From: Heterodontus francisci
Lineage: Eukaryota
Direction of reading: 5' to 3'
DNA: 64,000 nucleotides
Assembly (NCBI RefSeq): GCF_036365525.1
Contig: NC_090376.1
Coordinates: forward strand, 78,970,737 to 79,034,736
Within the stretch, counting starts at the first letter, position 1, and every line of letters begins with the position of its first letter. This document shows positions 38,969 through 51,789 of this stretch, one piece after another. The notes beneath the pieces were generated by a model. The model was given only the letters and a program-made list of their open reading frames with translations, had not been told where the DNA came from and made no database searches. A program made the position numbers and the translations under genes.

Positions 38969-39471
38969 GTAAGTTATCCAAACTCTGCTGCCTGTGTCTT
39001 AACTAGCATCAAGTCCCGTTCACCTATCATTCCTGTGCTTGCTGACCTACATTGGCTCCCAATCAAGCAATGTCTTGATTTTAAAATTCTCATCCTTGTT
39101 CTCAAATCCCTCCATGGCCTCTCCCCTCCCTCTCTTTCTAATTTCCTCCAGCCCCACAACCCTCCAAGATATCTGTGCTCCTCTAATTCTGGACTCTTGT
39201 GCATCCCTGATGTTAATCGCTCCACCATTGATGACCGCGCCTTCAGTTGCCTAGACCCCAAGCTCTGGAATATCCTCCCTGCACCTCTCCGCCTCTCTTT
39301 CCTCCTTTAAGACATTCCTTAAAACTTACCTTTTTGACTAAGCTTTTGGACATCTGACCTAATATTTCCTTTTGTGGATTGGTGGCATACTTTGTTCTAT
39401 ATTGCTCCTGTAAAGTGCCTTGGGATGTTTTATTATGTTAAAGGCACTATATAAATATAAATTGTTGTTGT

Positions 39472-39845
39472 TGAGTCAGAGGTTGTGGGTTCATTCCCAC
39501 TCCAGTGCAGTCCTGAGGGAGTACTGCACTGCCAGAGGTGCCATCTTTCAGTTGAAACATTAACCCGAGGCCTGGTATTTCTCAGGTGGATGTAAACAAT
39601 CCCTTGGCTCTATTTCAAAGAGCAGGGGAGTTCTCCTGATGTCCTGAACAATATTTGTCTCCCAACCATAAATACAAACATATTATCTGGTCATTATCAC
39701 ATTTGCTGTTTATGGGACCGTGCTGTGCACAAATTAGCTGCCCCCATTTCAACAGCAAATCCACTTCAAATTTCTTCATTGGATCAAAAGCACTTGAGAC
39801 ATCCTGAGAGTGTGAAAGGCCCCATGTGAATGCAGTCATTCTTTC
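39472..39845 (+). mobile_element. Deu-domain SINE (SacSINE1-like), 5'-truncated
   Basis: Homologous to the 53683-54130 copy. Confidence 0.7.
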
Positions 39846-40697
39846 CTATGAAATTCTCAACCTACAAGTTCAATTATCTTAACCTTGCATAAAATACCTA
39901 GCAGACTTGGATCCCCATCACACTCAACAATTAACAATGACTGTTTTTATTGTAATAGAGGTTTCCAGGATTATAAAAAGGACCACATAGATAAATAGTG
40001 AAGAACTGTTTCAACTAGCCGACAAATCATTAACGGGGGCATAGAATCGGGATAATCGCTAGAAGAATGGAAGGGGAAAAGAGAAAAATATATTCAGAGG
40101 GTCATTAGAACATAATTAACAACAGCAACATGGTTATTGAAGCAAACTATTATTTAAAAGGGACCAGAAGTATTTGAAAAGGAATATAAAAATTTTCAGG
40201 GGAACAAGACTCCATTGGATATCTCTAATTGAAGAGCTAGCACCAACATGATGGTTGCCTACTAGAATCTTCTAACAAATGAAAAACCTGTTCAAGGATT
40301 TATTTAAGTGTGTGAGCTACAGCAGTTGGAAGTTAAGACTGATGACATTCGGAAATTAATTGCCAGGGCTCTGCTGGAGGTCAAAGAGCTGGCATGTCAG
40401 TATCCCCTTTCCTTTCATTCTCAACTTAGGGACGGTTTAATTTTTTTTTTTAAATCCCTGGGATCAATGCTCCCTCTAACTTCTATTTGCTGTGTACTTG
40501 TGCAGTTTAGAGGGTTATTGCCTGGGTTATGGTTTCTCCTGCAATGGGGGAAGGCAAGGTACTCTGCTGTAATTTTATTATTGTCTATGGCTTCCAGAAA
40601 ATGTACATACAGCTTCCATTCAACAAACATGTCAATTCATCTTGAGCGAGATGCAACTTTCAGAAAGCCTGGAGAAAATTGGATTCTCTGCTATCTC

Positions 40698-43600
40698 AGA
40701 ATCACAGAAGGAGGCCATTTGACCCATCATGTCCACACTGGCTCTCTGAAAGAGCAATGCCCTCAGTTCCATTCCCCTGCCTTCTCCATAATATGATAGA
40801 ATTCTTCATCAAGATGGAGAGTGACGTAGTTGATTCTGAGACAAGGGTCCTGAAACTTAGTAAAGGAAACTACGAAGGTATGAGGCGCGAGTTGGCCATG
40901 ACGGATTGGGGAATGTTAGTTAAAGGGATGATGGTGGATAGGCAATGGTAAATATTCAAAGAGGGCATGGATGAACTGCAACAATTGTTTATTCCTGTCT
41001 GGCGCAAAAGTAAAACTGGAAAGGTGGCCAACCAGGGCTTACAAGGGAAATTAGAGATAGCATTAGATCCAAGGAAGAGGCATATAAATTTGCCAAAAAA
41101 ACAACAGACCTGAGGATTGGGAGCAGTTTAGAATTCAGCAAAGGAGGACCAAGGGATTGAGTAAGAAGGGGAAAATAGAGTACGAGAGCTAGCTTGCAGG
41201 GAACATAAAAACTGACACAAACTTTTTATAGGTATGTGAAGAGAAAAAGATTGGTGAAGACAAATGTAGGTCCCTTACAGTCAGAAACAGGGGAATTTAT
41301 GATGGGGAATAAAGAAATGGCTGACCAACTAAATGCATACTTTGGTTCCGTCTTCACAAAGGAGGACACAAATATCATACCAGAAATGTTGGGGAATGCA
41401 GGGCTTAGTGAGAGAGGAACTGAAAGAAATCAGTATTAGTGGAGAAATGGTGTTGGGGAGATTGATGGGATTGAAGGCCGATAAATCCCAAGGGCCTGAT
41501 GGTATGCATCCCAGAGTACTTAAGGAAGTGGCACTAGAAATAGTGGATGCATTGGTGGTCATCTTCCAAGATTCTATACACTCTGGAACAGTTCCTACAG
41601 ATTGGAGGGTAGCTAATGTAATCCCACGATTTAAAAAGGGAGGTAGAGAGAAAGCAGGGAATTATAGACCAGTCAGCCTGATGTCGGTAGTGGGTAAAAT
41701 TCTAGCGTCCATTATCAAAGATTTTATAACAGAGCATTTGGAGAACAGTGATAGAATTGGGCAGAGTCAGCATGGATTTAAGAAAGGGAAATCACGCTTG
41801 GCAAATCTACTAGAATTCTTCGAGGATGTAACTAGTGGAGTTGATGAGGGGGAGCCAGTGGATGTGGTTTATTTGGACTTTCAGAAGGCTTTCGACAAAG
41901 TCCCACATAAGAGATTAGCATGTAAAATTAAAACGCATGGGATTGGGGGTAGTGTATTGCGATGGATAGAAAATTGGTTGGCGGACAGGAAACAGAGTAG
42001 GGATAAATGGGCCTTTTTCAGAATGGCAGGCAGTGACTAGTGGGGTACCACAGGGATCGGTGCTAGGACCCCAGCTATTCACAGTATATATTAATTATTT
42101 AGATGAGGGAACTAAATGTAATATCTCCAAATTTGCAGATGAGACAAAACTGGGTGGGTGGGTATAATGTGGATAAATGTGAGGTTATCCACTTTGGTAG
42201 CAAAAACAGGAAGGCAGATTATTATCTGAACGGCTATAAACAGAGAGGGGAATATGCAGCGAGACCTGGGTGTTCCCGTACACCAGTCGGTGAAGGTAAG
42301 CATGCAGGTGCAACAGGCGGTAAAAAAGGCAAATGGTATGTTGGCCTTCATAGCGAGAGGATTCGAGTACAGGAGCAGGGATGTCTTGCTGCAATTATAC
42401 AGGGCCTTGCTGAAGCCACACCTGGAATATTGTGTGCAGTTTTGGTCTCCTTATCTGAAGAAGGATGTTCTTGCTATCGAGGGAGTGCAGCAAAGGTTTA
42501 CCAGACTGGTTCCTGGGATGGTGGGACTGACGTATGAGGAGAGATTGAGTCAGTTAGGATTATATTCGCTGGAGTTCAGAAGAGTGAGGGGGGATCTCCT
42601 AGAAACCTATAAAATTCTAACAGACTTGACAGGGTAGATGCAAGAAGGATGTTCCCAATGGTGGGGGAGTCCAGAACCTGGGGTTATAGTCTAAGGATAC
42701 GGGGTAAACCTTTCAGGACTGGGATGAGGAGAAATTTCTTCACCCAGAGAGTGGTGAGCCTGTGGAATTCGCTACCGCAGAAAGCAGTTGAGGCCAAAAC
42801 ATTGTTTGTTTTCAAGAAGGAGTTAGATATAGCTCTTGGGTCTAAAGGGATCAAAGGGTATGGGGCGAAAGCGGGAACAGGCTACTGAGTTGGATGATCA
42901 GCCATGATCATAATGAATGGTGGAGCAGGCTCGAAGGGCCGAATGGCCTACTGCTATTTTCTATGTTTCTCCCCATAACCCTGCACATTCTTTCTTTTCA
43001 TATAACTGTCTAATTCCCTTTTGAATGCTTCAATTGAACCTGCCTCCACCAGGTTCTCAGGCAGTGCATGTCAGCCCTTAACCACGCGCTGCGTGAAAAA
43101 GTTTTCCTCATGTCACTTTTGCTTCTTTTACCAAACACTTTAAATCTGTGCCCTCTCGTTCTCAATCCTTTGACTAGTGGGAACAGTTTCTCTCTATCTA
43201 CTCTGTCCAGACCCCTCATGATTTTGAATACCTCAATCAAATCACCTCTCAGCCTTCTCTTCTCCAAGAAAAACAGTCCTAACTTCTCCAATCTGTCTTC
43301 ATAACTGAAATTCCTCATCCCTGGAACCATTCTTGTGAATCGTTTCTGTACCATCACCTCACCGGTGTCCAAAATGGAAAACTGATTAGCAAGTGAGAGC
43401 ATATCGGGGGACTCCTGCACTACCTGCCTGGTTGTCTTAGACTGCCTAGCAGTCACCGATTCCCTATCTGCCTGCATGATATACTAACCTGTGGTGTGAC
43501 CAGCTCCCTGAACTTGCTGTCCATGTAGTCTTCCGCCTTGAGGATGCACAACAGTGACTCCAGCCGTCGCTCGACTTCCAAAACACAGAGCTCCAGCTTC

Positions 43601-43890
43601 TGCAGCCAGTGACACTTCCTGCAGATGTATTTGTTTAGGACACATACCACAGGCTGTACATTCCACTCGGCAGAGCTGCCCTGCCAAACCTTGACTTTAC
43701 AGACTATTTATTTATAAGTAGAATAGCTTATCAGGTATTCTCCAACCAGCTCCTTCCACTGCACCAAAGCAAGAATCAAATACTGGAGGGTTAAAAAAGT
43801 AGGAAAATGGAGCACCTCCTTCCCCCTTCACCGAACTCGCCACTCACAAAACTCGAATCTCCACACTCAGCTTGCAACCTGCACACCGTT
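40698..43890 (-). mobile_element. Internally deleted CR1 (5'UTR + ORF1 N-terminus fused to ORF2 C-terminus + tail), split by a + strand CR1
   Basis: ORF1 zinc finger CTACGM...YICRKC and coiled coil (43450-43687), joined at ~43350 to VQKRFTRMVPGM; tail at 40698-40790. Confidence 0.75.
40795..42970 (+). mobile_element. CR1 LINE fragment
   Basis: 235-aa ORF 41333-42040 with RT motifs and downstream ORFs; (TTCTATGT) tail. Confidence 0.93.
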
Positions 43891-45587
43891 TCATATCTAT
43901 AATATTTAGGGACTAATTCAGCTCACAAAAGCTCCTTCCGAGGATGGGGACAAACCAGGCTATTAACATATGCCCAGAGGAGGCTGCAAAGCCATCCTAG
44001 TTCTGGCAAAAGCCAAAGTATCCACATTTACAATTTAAAAGTACTTATCCTAACCCATTCCTGAAGCAGGTTGTCATGTTGCTTTCGGTGGAAATATGAT
44101 AGAAAAGGTATCCCAAGCTGTAAATTCTAAGGGTAATGAAGCTTCTGTCCCAGATCGTTGCTCTGATAACTTTTACATACAGTTGGCACCCCAAAATTGT
44201 TTCCTTTTTAAAATGTTTCATTAAATTTATAATATTGGATCCACCTCTGCAATTTGGAGAGATGCTTCAGTCTCCCAATACTGAAAAATTACAAACTTGT
44301 ACTGCCTACAAGCCCATTCTCCTTTAAATTGTAGTTCATCTGAATAATTTGACTTACAAATTCACTCTTCTAAGTCACTTTTTATTTGTGAGATGCAACA
44401 TGCCATATATTCTGTGATTGCACCAAACAGTTCTTTTCTTTAAATTAAACGCTGGAACGGAATAGGGTGGCTTTTGTTGAAAAAAGTATTGAAGCTTTAC
44501 CTGATGGAACTCCCTTGTTCTACTCCTCCTTTTGCTTATCAAATTTTGGAAGGTTCCTATCCATCTTCCCTCCCCGTTGCCTTGGTTTTTTCCTGCTTGT
44601 ATTAACAACACCATAGCCGCTTAAGAAATCTGAATGTAGGCCAAAGAAAATAAAATCTTAAACTCTGATTGACATTCTTTTAGGCACCAGTTTTTCCTTC
44701 TCTGTCTCAAGCATTCTATTTCGGTTAGGTTATGAATTCAGTTGCGTAAAGCTAGGGACTAAAGTCCTTGCTCACGTTTTACTCTGCACTCTTCAGACTT
44801 TATGAAACAAATGTACACTGGCCAAGTTTTTTTTTCGACAGCATATATTCTTATGACTGCAAACTTCTAATGAGAAATACACAATATTGAAAATTCAGTG
44901 TTTGAGACTATTAAGAGACAGGAGGAGCCAAGACTAGATATAGATTTGCAAAGTGGGTTTAAATGCAGCAAAATAAAACAATCAAAGCAACTCAGCAATC
45001 TAAGGGGAAAAAATTGAATGGTATTAATATTTGGAATAAATGTTTGATTTAGTCTTGTATATTAGCAGGAAATTGTTACCGGAATTGCAGAAACATGGTT
45101 CACCCCAGAATATGGAAATTACCTCAAAATAAGCAGGACAATAAAATATTTCTGAAGGATGCAAAAAAAAAAAAAGAGCTTTTGTATGAACTTGGAAGTT
45201 CAGTATTCACAGAGAAATAAAATAGTTTGACTTGAATAAGCCACTAGTTGGGAAGCAAGATAGGAGTTTCCTACTGTATGAGAATAGGAATACATTTGAT
45301 AAAAATAATGTAGTAATTGTTGACTTCAACTCAATATAATCTGGGAATCCTATAATAGGTGTGGCAATAGAATCAATACTGAATGTGATACAGTCACTCT
45401 CACCCAATGTCTTGTAGATGCCACTGGGGATAATGCACAACTAGACCTGCTACTTCCATCCATAGTAGTAGTCTAAATGATTGTTAAAATCTAGCACAGA
45501 AACTGGGTGATTTTGTGGGTTAGATATTAACTTGCACCATAAAGGTCCCATAAAAAGTGAGTTTGAGCAGTCAATGCAATTCTCAGA

Positions 45588-45878
45588 AGACATAGGAGCA
45601 GGAGTTGGCCGTACAGCCCCTTGAGCCTGCTCCACCATTCAATAAGATAATGGCTGATCTGATCTTTGCCTCAACTCCACCTTCCTGCCTGTTCCCCATT
45701 ACCCTTGACTCCCCTATAGTTCAAAAATTTGTCTGTCTCAGCCTTGAATATATTCAATGTCTCAACCTCCACAGCTCTCTGGGATAGAGAATTTGAAAGA
45801 TTCACGACCCTCAGAGAAGAAATTCCTCCTCATCTCCATCTTACATGGGTGACCCCTTATTCTAAAACTATATCTCCA
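45588..45878 (-). mobile_element. CR1 3' end fragment
   Basis: Reverse complement of the CR1 3' UTR and hairpin. Confidence 0.8.
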
Positions 45879-46268
45879 GTAGGCAGTAAACCTCAGGCTT
45901 AGTAACTTAGTGTACTACTTCGCTCTCTCTTTTGCCCCTTTACTATCCTTTTCCTGGAGCAGTTTTAATAAATGTTCATGACAGTGTAGTACCAGCTCCT
46001 GTTAACTCTATCATCACATATCCACTATTAGTTGCTCCCCATGTCTGTAAATAGCCTACTTTCTCATCTAAAAACTATATATTCCTTTCCACAAGTTGTA
46101 TTTCAAAATATTGCCACAATAAGTGATACGAGGTAGTTCCTCCCCGTGTACCTCAAGTTTCATGAACATTAGAGATTAAGTAACAGCTGATGTGAGATGT
46201 TCTGCACATTAGCTTCTGTTAGTTGAGATTTGTAATGAAAACTAGATTTATTCTTTTCCTCCCCACAG

Positions 46269-46462
46269 AAAGATTTTTTCATATGGACCGATCTACCTTG
46301 GGATAAATTCGGCATTTGCTGGTTTAATAGCCAACAGTTTCTTTCGAAGAATACTCAATATTGCACAGGCTCGTTTTACTTCCAGTTTGCCCATGGGAGT
46401 CCTTCCGTTCCTTTCAACTATAGCAGGGTATAATGCTGTTGTGTCAAAGCCTTTGCTTTCAG
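46269..46462 (+). CDS. TMEM126A: TMEM126A coding exon 2 (194 nt)
   Basis: KIFSYGPIYLGINSAFAGLIANSFFRRILNIAQARFTSSLPMGVLPFLST...; CAG acceptor, G|GTTAG donor. Confidence 0.95.
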
Positions 46463-46624
46463 GTTAGTAAAGGATTTCTTAAAGATATTACAAAAGCTTT
46501 GTTTATACTACAGCTGCCCAGGCCCAAAAGAACAGTAGTTACATTCCTATTTTTAGTATAACAGTCTGTGCACTGTGGTATTATGTGCTTTATTTGAACA
46601 AATGAGTCATAATTAGCTTTATAA

Positions 46625-47113
46625 ATGGAGATTTGGGAAGGGGAAGGAAAGAGAACGAGGTGGAAGTAGGCTTTACAGGGTTGGGGAACTATGAGGTTGG
46701 AGGCTGTGGACGGAGGATCTCCAGAGGAGATGAGATCAGTGACAGTCCTTAAATAAACAATGGCTTGATGTTCAGTAGTGGGGTTGTGGTCCAGGGAGAA
46801 GTAGGAGGAAGTGTCAGAGTTGGTGTTCGGCCTCTGCTAGGTAGAGGTCGGTAGACCAGACAACGATGTCAGCAGGTTTGATGCTGTTAGGATTGGACCT
46901 GAAAGAACAGTGTGTTGCAAGCTCACAGGGAGATAGGTTAGAGCGAGTGAGAGGCGCAGAGAAATTGAGATGGCCGTTCTGATGAAAGGTCACAGACCTG
47001 AAACGTAAAGTCTTTTTTTTTCTCCACAGTTACTACCTGATCTGCTGAGTATTTCCAGCATTTTTTGTTTTTGTTTCAGATTTCCAGCATCTGCTGTATT
47101 TTGCTTTTGCATT
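46625..47113. mobile_element. Neptune-type PLE fragment (- strand ORF piece 46625-46970) joined to a + strand pLTR beginning at a hammerhead (46975-47010)
   Basis: Minus strand encodes SNPNSIKPAD...VWSTDLYLAEA-like pre-RT motif. Plus strand GTT-CTGATGA-A-AGGTC-ACA-GACCT-GAAA-CG-TA-AAG, then the pLTR tail. Confidence 0.75.
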
Positions 47114-47253
47114 CGTGACAAAAAAGGTAGCAATAGGTTTTGAAGATGTTTATATGCCACCTTTATCAACTGGGCAGCTGTTTGAAATTGTTAATAAAGT
47201 TATAAAACCAGAAGTTCTCAAAGTAAAAAAAGCTGCTGCCTTTCTTTGTTTAG

Positions 47254-47368
47254 GCGATCTCAACTGTCCCACATGTGTCCTAATTCGAGGAGGATTAGTG
47301 GCTTCTCTAGCAGGAGGCCTATATCCCGTTCTCTTGGCCTTACCTATAAATGCTGGCCTTGCAACACG
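47254..47368 (+). CDS. TMEM126A: TMEM126A coding exon 3 (115 nt)
   Basis: GDLNCPTCVLIRGGLVASLAGGLYPVLLALPINAGLATR with conserved CxxC; canonical splice sites. Confidence 0.95.
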
Positions 47369-48299
47369 GTGAGGATTATTCTGTTGTACCACTATAAAGC
47401 CATCTTACCACTCAGAATTGTTTTGATTCTATAGTGATTCCTCAAACATGATGTACTGTTTTTGTGATTTACTTTTTGATCGTGGTGGTGGCTGCTGATG
47501 GGAAAAGCTGTGTCCAATGTCAAAATTGATTTTCTATAATGCGGATAAAAATTTGTCATTCAGTGAAGAAAAATATACTCACTATGAATACTTTATTGTA
47601 CAAATTTATTGTAGCTAAACAAGTGGGGGGGGGGGGGGGGGGGCAAGTGGAGGGTGGGCCGTGAGATTGGAGCCACTGCAGCCCGCCATGGAACCCAATG
47701 CTGGGATTGCCGGCACGATCTTCCCGGTGGCAGGGAAGCTTCGCAGTGGGACCATGCTTTAAATATTGAAATGACCTGTTTGCATACATTTTAATGGAAT
47801 TCTCCACGATCCTACCAACCGTTTCCAATCTTCAGGCGTGTGAGACTCGCATGCCTTCACGTTCCCATCCTTGAAAAGCTGGCGCCACCGAGGCAAGAGT
47901 CCTTAGTGCCTGCAAAGGTTGGTAGGTAATACCCTGCTCTTCGTATTTGCAGCGAACTTGGACATTTGCATTAAATTTAAGTAGTCAGAAATGATGGGGC
48001 GGGGGGGTTCGGAACTCTGCATTCATTAATCATGTATTGGTAAGGGGGGTGGAAGGGGTGAACTCTGCATTGCTCTGTTGGCAAGGCGGATGGAAGGGGT
48101 GAACTCTGCAAGTGGATAAACTGTTTGTTGGGGGGGGGGGGCGCGGGGGTGGCAACTGGGAAACTGTATAGGTTGCAGTTGTCGGTCGTCTAGTGCAGGC
48201 AACTGCAATGATTGCTTCGCACTTATTTAAAGTTTATTCGCACAACTTCATGCGATACCATACAGCTCGTGCTGGAACACTGCTGAAGCAGGAATTAAC

Positions 48300-49530
48300 A
48301 CAAATCTCTGCCCAGATAGGTGAAATTGACCTTGTGAAGGAACCCAAAGTTAGGAGGAGCACATAGATGGGTATGATCCACCCTGTCTTCCTGGATCCCC
48401 TTGCTGTCATGTGGCACCAGAGGCGGGCAGGTACGGCCCATGAGGAACCTCCCAGACGTGAGCAGCAGCCTCCACCAAGGCGCAGAGTTGCCCATACACA
48501 CCAGCGAATCTATAGACCTTGAATGACATACCTGCAGATATCTGAATGCCAGTGTCAGAGATGACCAGAGAAGTCGTCATGCAGTTATGCGCACTAATGA
48601 ATAATGGCCTGCAACCAGTGGGCTTTGGTGGTCACCCTATGCCTGCGGCCCTCAGTTACTGTGGCCCTAAACTTCTACGCCTCTGGATCATTCCAGAAAT
48701 TCACCGGTGACCTGTGTGGGGTATCTCAATCCACAATGCACCGCTGCATAAAAGAGATCACTGATGCTTTGTACAGGAGAGCCAGCAACTATGTTTGCTT
48801 CAGGGTGGACCCTGAAAGTCAGGCTGAGAGGGCCGTGGGATTTGAGGCCATTGCGGGATACCCACAGATTCAGGGTGTCATCGACTGCACTCTTGGCCAT
48901 CCCGGCTCCCATGGAACAACCAGTCACATACATAAACGGAAAGGGCTTTCATTCCATCAATGTTCAACTCTTGTATGACCACAGGAAGTGCTTTCTGCAG
49001 GTATGTGCCTGCTTCCCAGGCAGCTGCCATAACTCGTTCATGCTGCGGCAGTTCCAGGTGCCGTTGCTGTTCACTCCCCCTGCTCAGCTTCAGGGGTGGA
49101 TTCTTGGCAATAAGGGCTACCCCTTAATGACATGGCTTATGATGCCGGTGAGGAACCCCAGCAACGAAGCAGTAGAGTGCTCCTACGGCTGCCATGGCTC
49201 CACCCAAGCTACTATCGAGCAGACCATCGGTATGCTGAAGATGCGCTTCTGCTGTCTCAGTAGATCTGGTGGAGCCCTGCGGTACACGCCAGACAGGTTT
49301 GGGCACATCATTGTAGTCTGCTGCGTTCTGCACAACATCATGGTCCAGAGGGTGGAGGTCTTTCAGGATGAAGAGATACAGGAGCAGGACACATCCTCCG
49401 ACCATGAGGACACAGCGGCCACTCAAGAAGAACCACTCATGGGAGCACAGAAAGCAGTAATGGAGGGCTGACGTGGTGAGCAGCAAGCAAGGGAGGCAAG
49501 GCAATGACTGATAACTGAGCAGTTCCGCAA
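48300..49530 (+). pseudogene. Harbinger DDE transposase (HARBI1-like), frameshifted
   Basis: VTVALNFYASGSFQ, QGVIDCT, YINGKGFHSINVQL, WILGNKGYPL (catalytic D>N), TIEQTIGMLKMRF, IIVVCCVLHN. Confidence 0.9.
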
Positions 49531-49599
49531 TCCCTGAAGTTCCACACGTTCCTCAGCACAAAACACCATCATGCATTTCGTCTCAAGTTTTCTGCCTCT

Positions 49600-50890
49600 G
49601 TAATCATGTGCAAGGTGATAGTTTGCAGGTGATTGAGCATCTGTGGAATGTGGCTCTCTTTTGAGTCGCCAACCTCTCAATGGATGAAGCCATCCGCTCA
49701 AGTGCTTGAGACATGGTAGCACTCATGGTATGGATGGACTCCCCCACTGTCAGCTCAAAGCTGCGCATGGCCTCTGGCATCTCCGCCTGATGTTGCCTTA
49801 CCTCTCCCTGCAACTCCAGCATGCCCTGTGCTGCTGACACCAAAGGCTCAGCATAGGCCTGGACACCCACAGTCCTCTGACTGTTCGAGGCCTTGGCTGT
49901 CCCGGCCTCAGCCAGTTGCTCGGGCGCGTGTATTGTGCTCTCAGCAGCTTGTGAGCCTGATTCTACTGCCGATCGGATACCCACCCAGGTGAGAGTATCT
50001 GCACTGGTGGAAGGTGTAGGAGAATCATGGGATAGTGCATCCTTTAAGTTTAGCTCATCCTCGGAGGTAGTCGTCATTCCCTGGGTCCCTGGTGAGCATC
50101 GCCCTGAAAGATACAATGAGAAGAACGGACATTTAGGTGTTAAGGTACGCATGTCACAATGAGGACAGCATTGGAGATGAAATTTTGAATCATTGTGTTT
50201 TGCAATAATCACTCTCATCAACTGAGATTCCAAGCTCCATGTCCAAAATGGCAAGTACTCCTTGTGTGCCAGCTAGATGCATTGCCTGTGACAGCAGCCT
50301 GAATTCGGGCACTCCACCTCCGGTCCTGACCGAATCCTTATTATGGGCCCTTTTCTCCTGAAAAAGCAAGGATGCAGTTAGCGAACATTGCCAAACGCCA
50401 GTGTCACGGTTGTACCAACATGGGTGCGTCAGCAACGCCTGGAGGATGCTTGGTCTGGCATATAGACTAACCCTCCCATAGGTCTGACTTGCTCTGAGAT
50501 ACTAATGAGGGAGACTTATTTCACATATGCTGCCACTCGTGCCATCAACCCTTCCTGACCTCACTGTCTCTGAACTGGCAATGGTACCCATGTGGCATAC
50601 TGTGTGGAGACAACCAGATCACACTGAGCAATGTGGAAACTTGCCACTTACCATTGCTGAATGAAGGAGGTCATTGCCCCTCTTACGGCACTGCACCCAG
50701 TCTCATCTGATGACCTCACCGCTCCTGACCTCCTCTGCAACCTCCATCTAGGCTTGCTTGGTCAGGCGGGAGAACCTCCTCTTGCCCTCGCTGGGGAAAA
50801 GGACCTCCCGCCTTTCCTTTGCACCTGGAGGAGAATCAGCGGGGAAGCTTCACTGAACAGCGGGGCCACCCTTGGCCGGACCTCAGCCAT
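49600..50890 (-). pseudogene. Harbinger Myb/SANT-like DNA-binding protein (3 exon remnants)
   Basis: MAEVRPRVAPLFSEAS...WVQCRKRGNDL then GTAAGT donor (~50650); exon EKRAHN...TGGGVPE (~50250-50358); Ser/Thr-rich coiled-coil exon (49600-50105). Confidence 0.75.
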
Positions 50891-51789
50891 CATTCAAACG
50901 TTGATCAGTGGGGCCTCTTGCTGAGTTTGTGATGTCTTCCACATTCCTACAGTGCTGCTCCCAGAAGTGTCAGGGAGAGAGTGAATGCAGGGCTGGCAGC
51001 CTTTTAAAGATGATGCCAGCACCTGCTCCAGTCTCAGATGATGCCGATCGCGGCATCGTTAATTCGGCCCCTGCCCTGAGATTGGGGGGGGGGGGGGGGG
51101 CGCGGCCGCTGTGCATACATTAATGAGCTGCCGGATGCAAGATTACAGCAGCACACGCTGTGAGCATGCCGGCCGCCATTTTTATCGCTCGCCTCTGCTC
51201 CCAGCGGGACAAGAAGATTCAGCCCTGTGTGTTTGAATGTGTCAAAAAATGAGATTCCTTCCAATCTTCTAACAGCTGTATATCGTCTGGAGTAAGCTTT
51301 CTTGGCTGATGACAGGAAGAATCAACAAACCAGTACGCTCACATCCACACCTAATTAGTCCATCATAAAGTTCCCATCCTCCTTGTAAAGTAAACAGTTC
51401 TGTGTGAATAATTGAGTTTGCATTTGACTGACAGTTGGTTTTTGAATTTGAAAAGCCAGATATTCAAGATCCAGGAATCTCTGGTTACTCTTCTGGGATG
51501 CAAAGACCAATTATGTTTCATAGGAGGAGGAGGAGGAGGAGGGGGCAGTTGCAAAATCTCATGAGAGGAAGAAGTAGGAATCTTAAAATATACTGATGGA
51601 TTCTTTTAAGTTTTTTTTTAAAATTTAGCTTTAGAGTTGGACTTCCCACCCCCAACCCACATCTCCCCAATTTGTGCAATTATCTAAAAAATTGTTTACT
51701 GCAAATATTTCACTGCATAACTGTGTTTGTTCATCGGTAAAATAAAGTTGCTTGATGTTTGAAATATTGCTTTATAAGACTGCAGAAAG

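Larger units (their letters stand above)
36390..39470 (+). mobile_element. L2 LINE 3' fragment hosting two solo LTRs
   Basis: SVHNLGVTFDPEMSF...TAYFHLRTIA (36390-36560), spacer 37445-37525, LADLHWLPIKQCLDFKILILV (39035-); tail GGCACTATATAAAT(TTG)n. Confidence 0.85.
47620..51225. mobile_element. PIF/Harbinger DNA transposon (transposase + Myb/SANT gene, convergent), inactive, in the last TMEM126A intron
   Basis: Right TIR ...AAGATTCAGCCC at 51225; left TIR not seen; two convergent genes. Confidence 0.88.

Noticed and set aside
47115-47253. N-terminal part of ORF 47115-47372 as coding
   Set aside because: Intronic read-through; the true exon starts at the AG acceptor 47253.
48300-49530. Domesticated HARBI1 host gene
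   Set aside because: Frameshifts, stops and a catalytic D>N; it lies with a Myb partner and a TIR, so it is a dead transposon.
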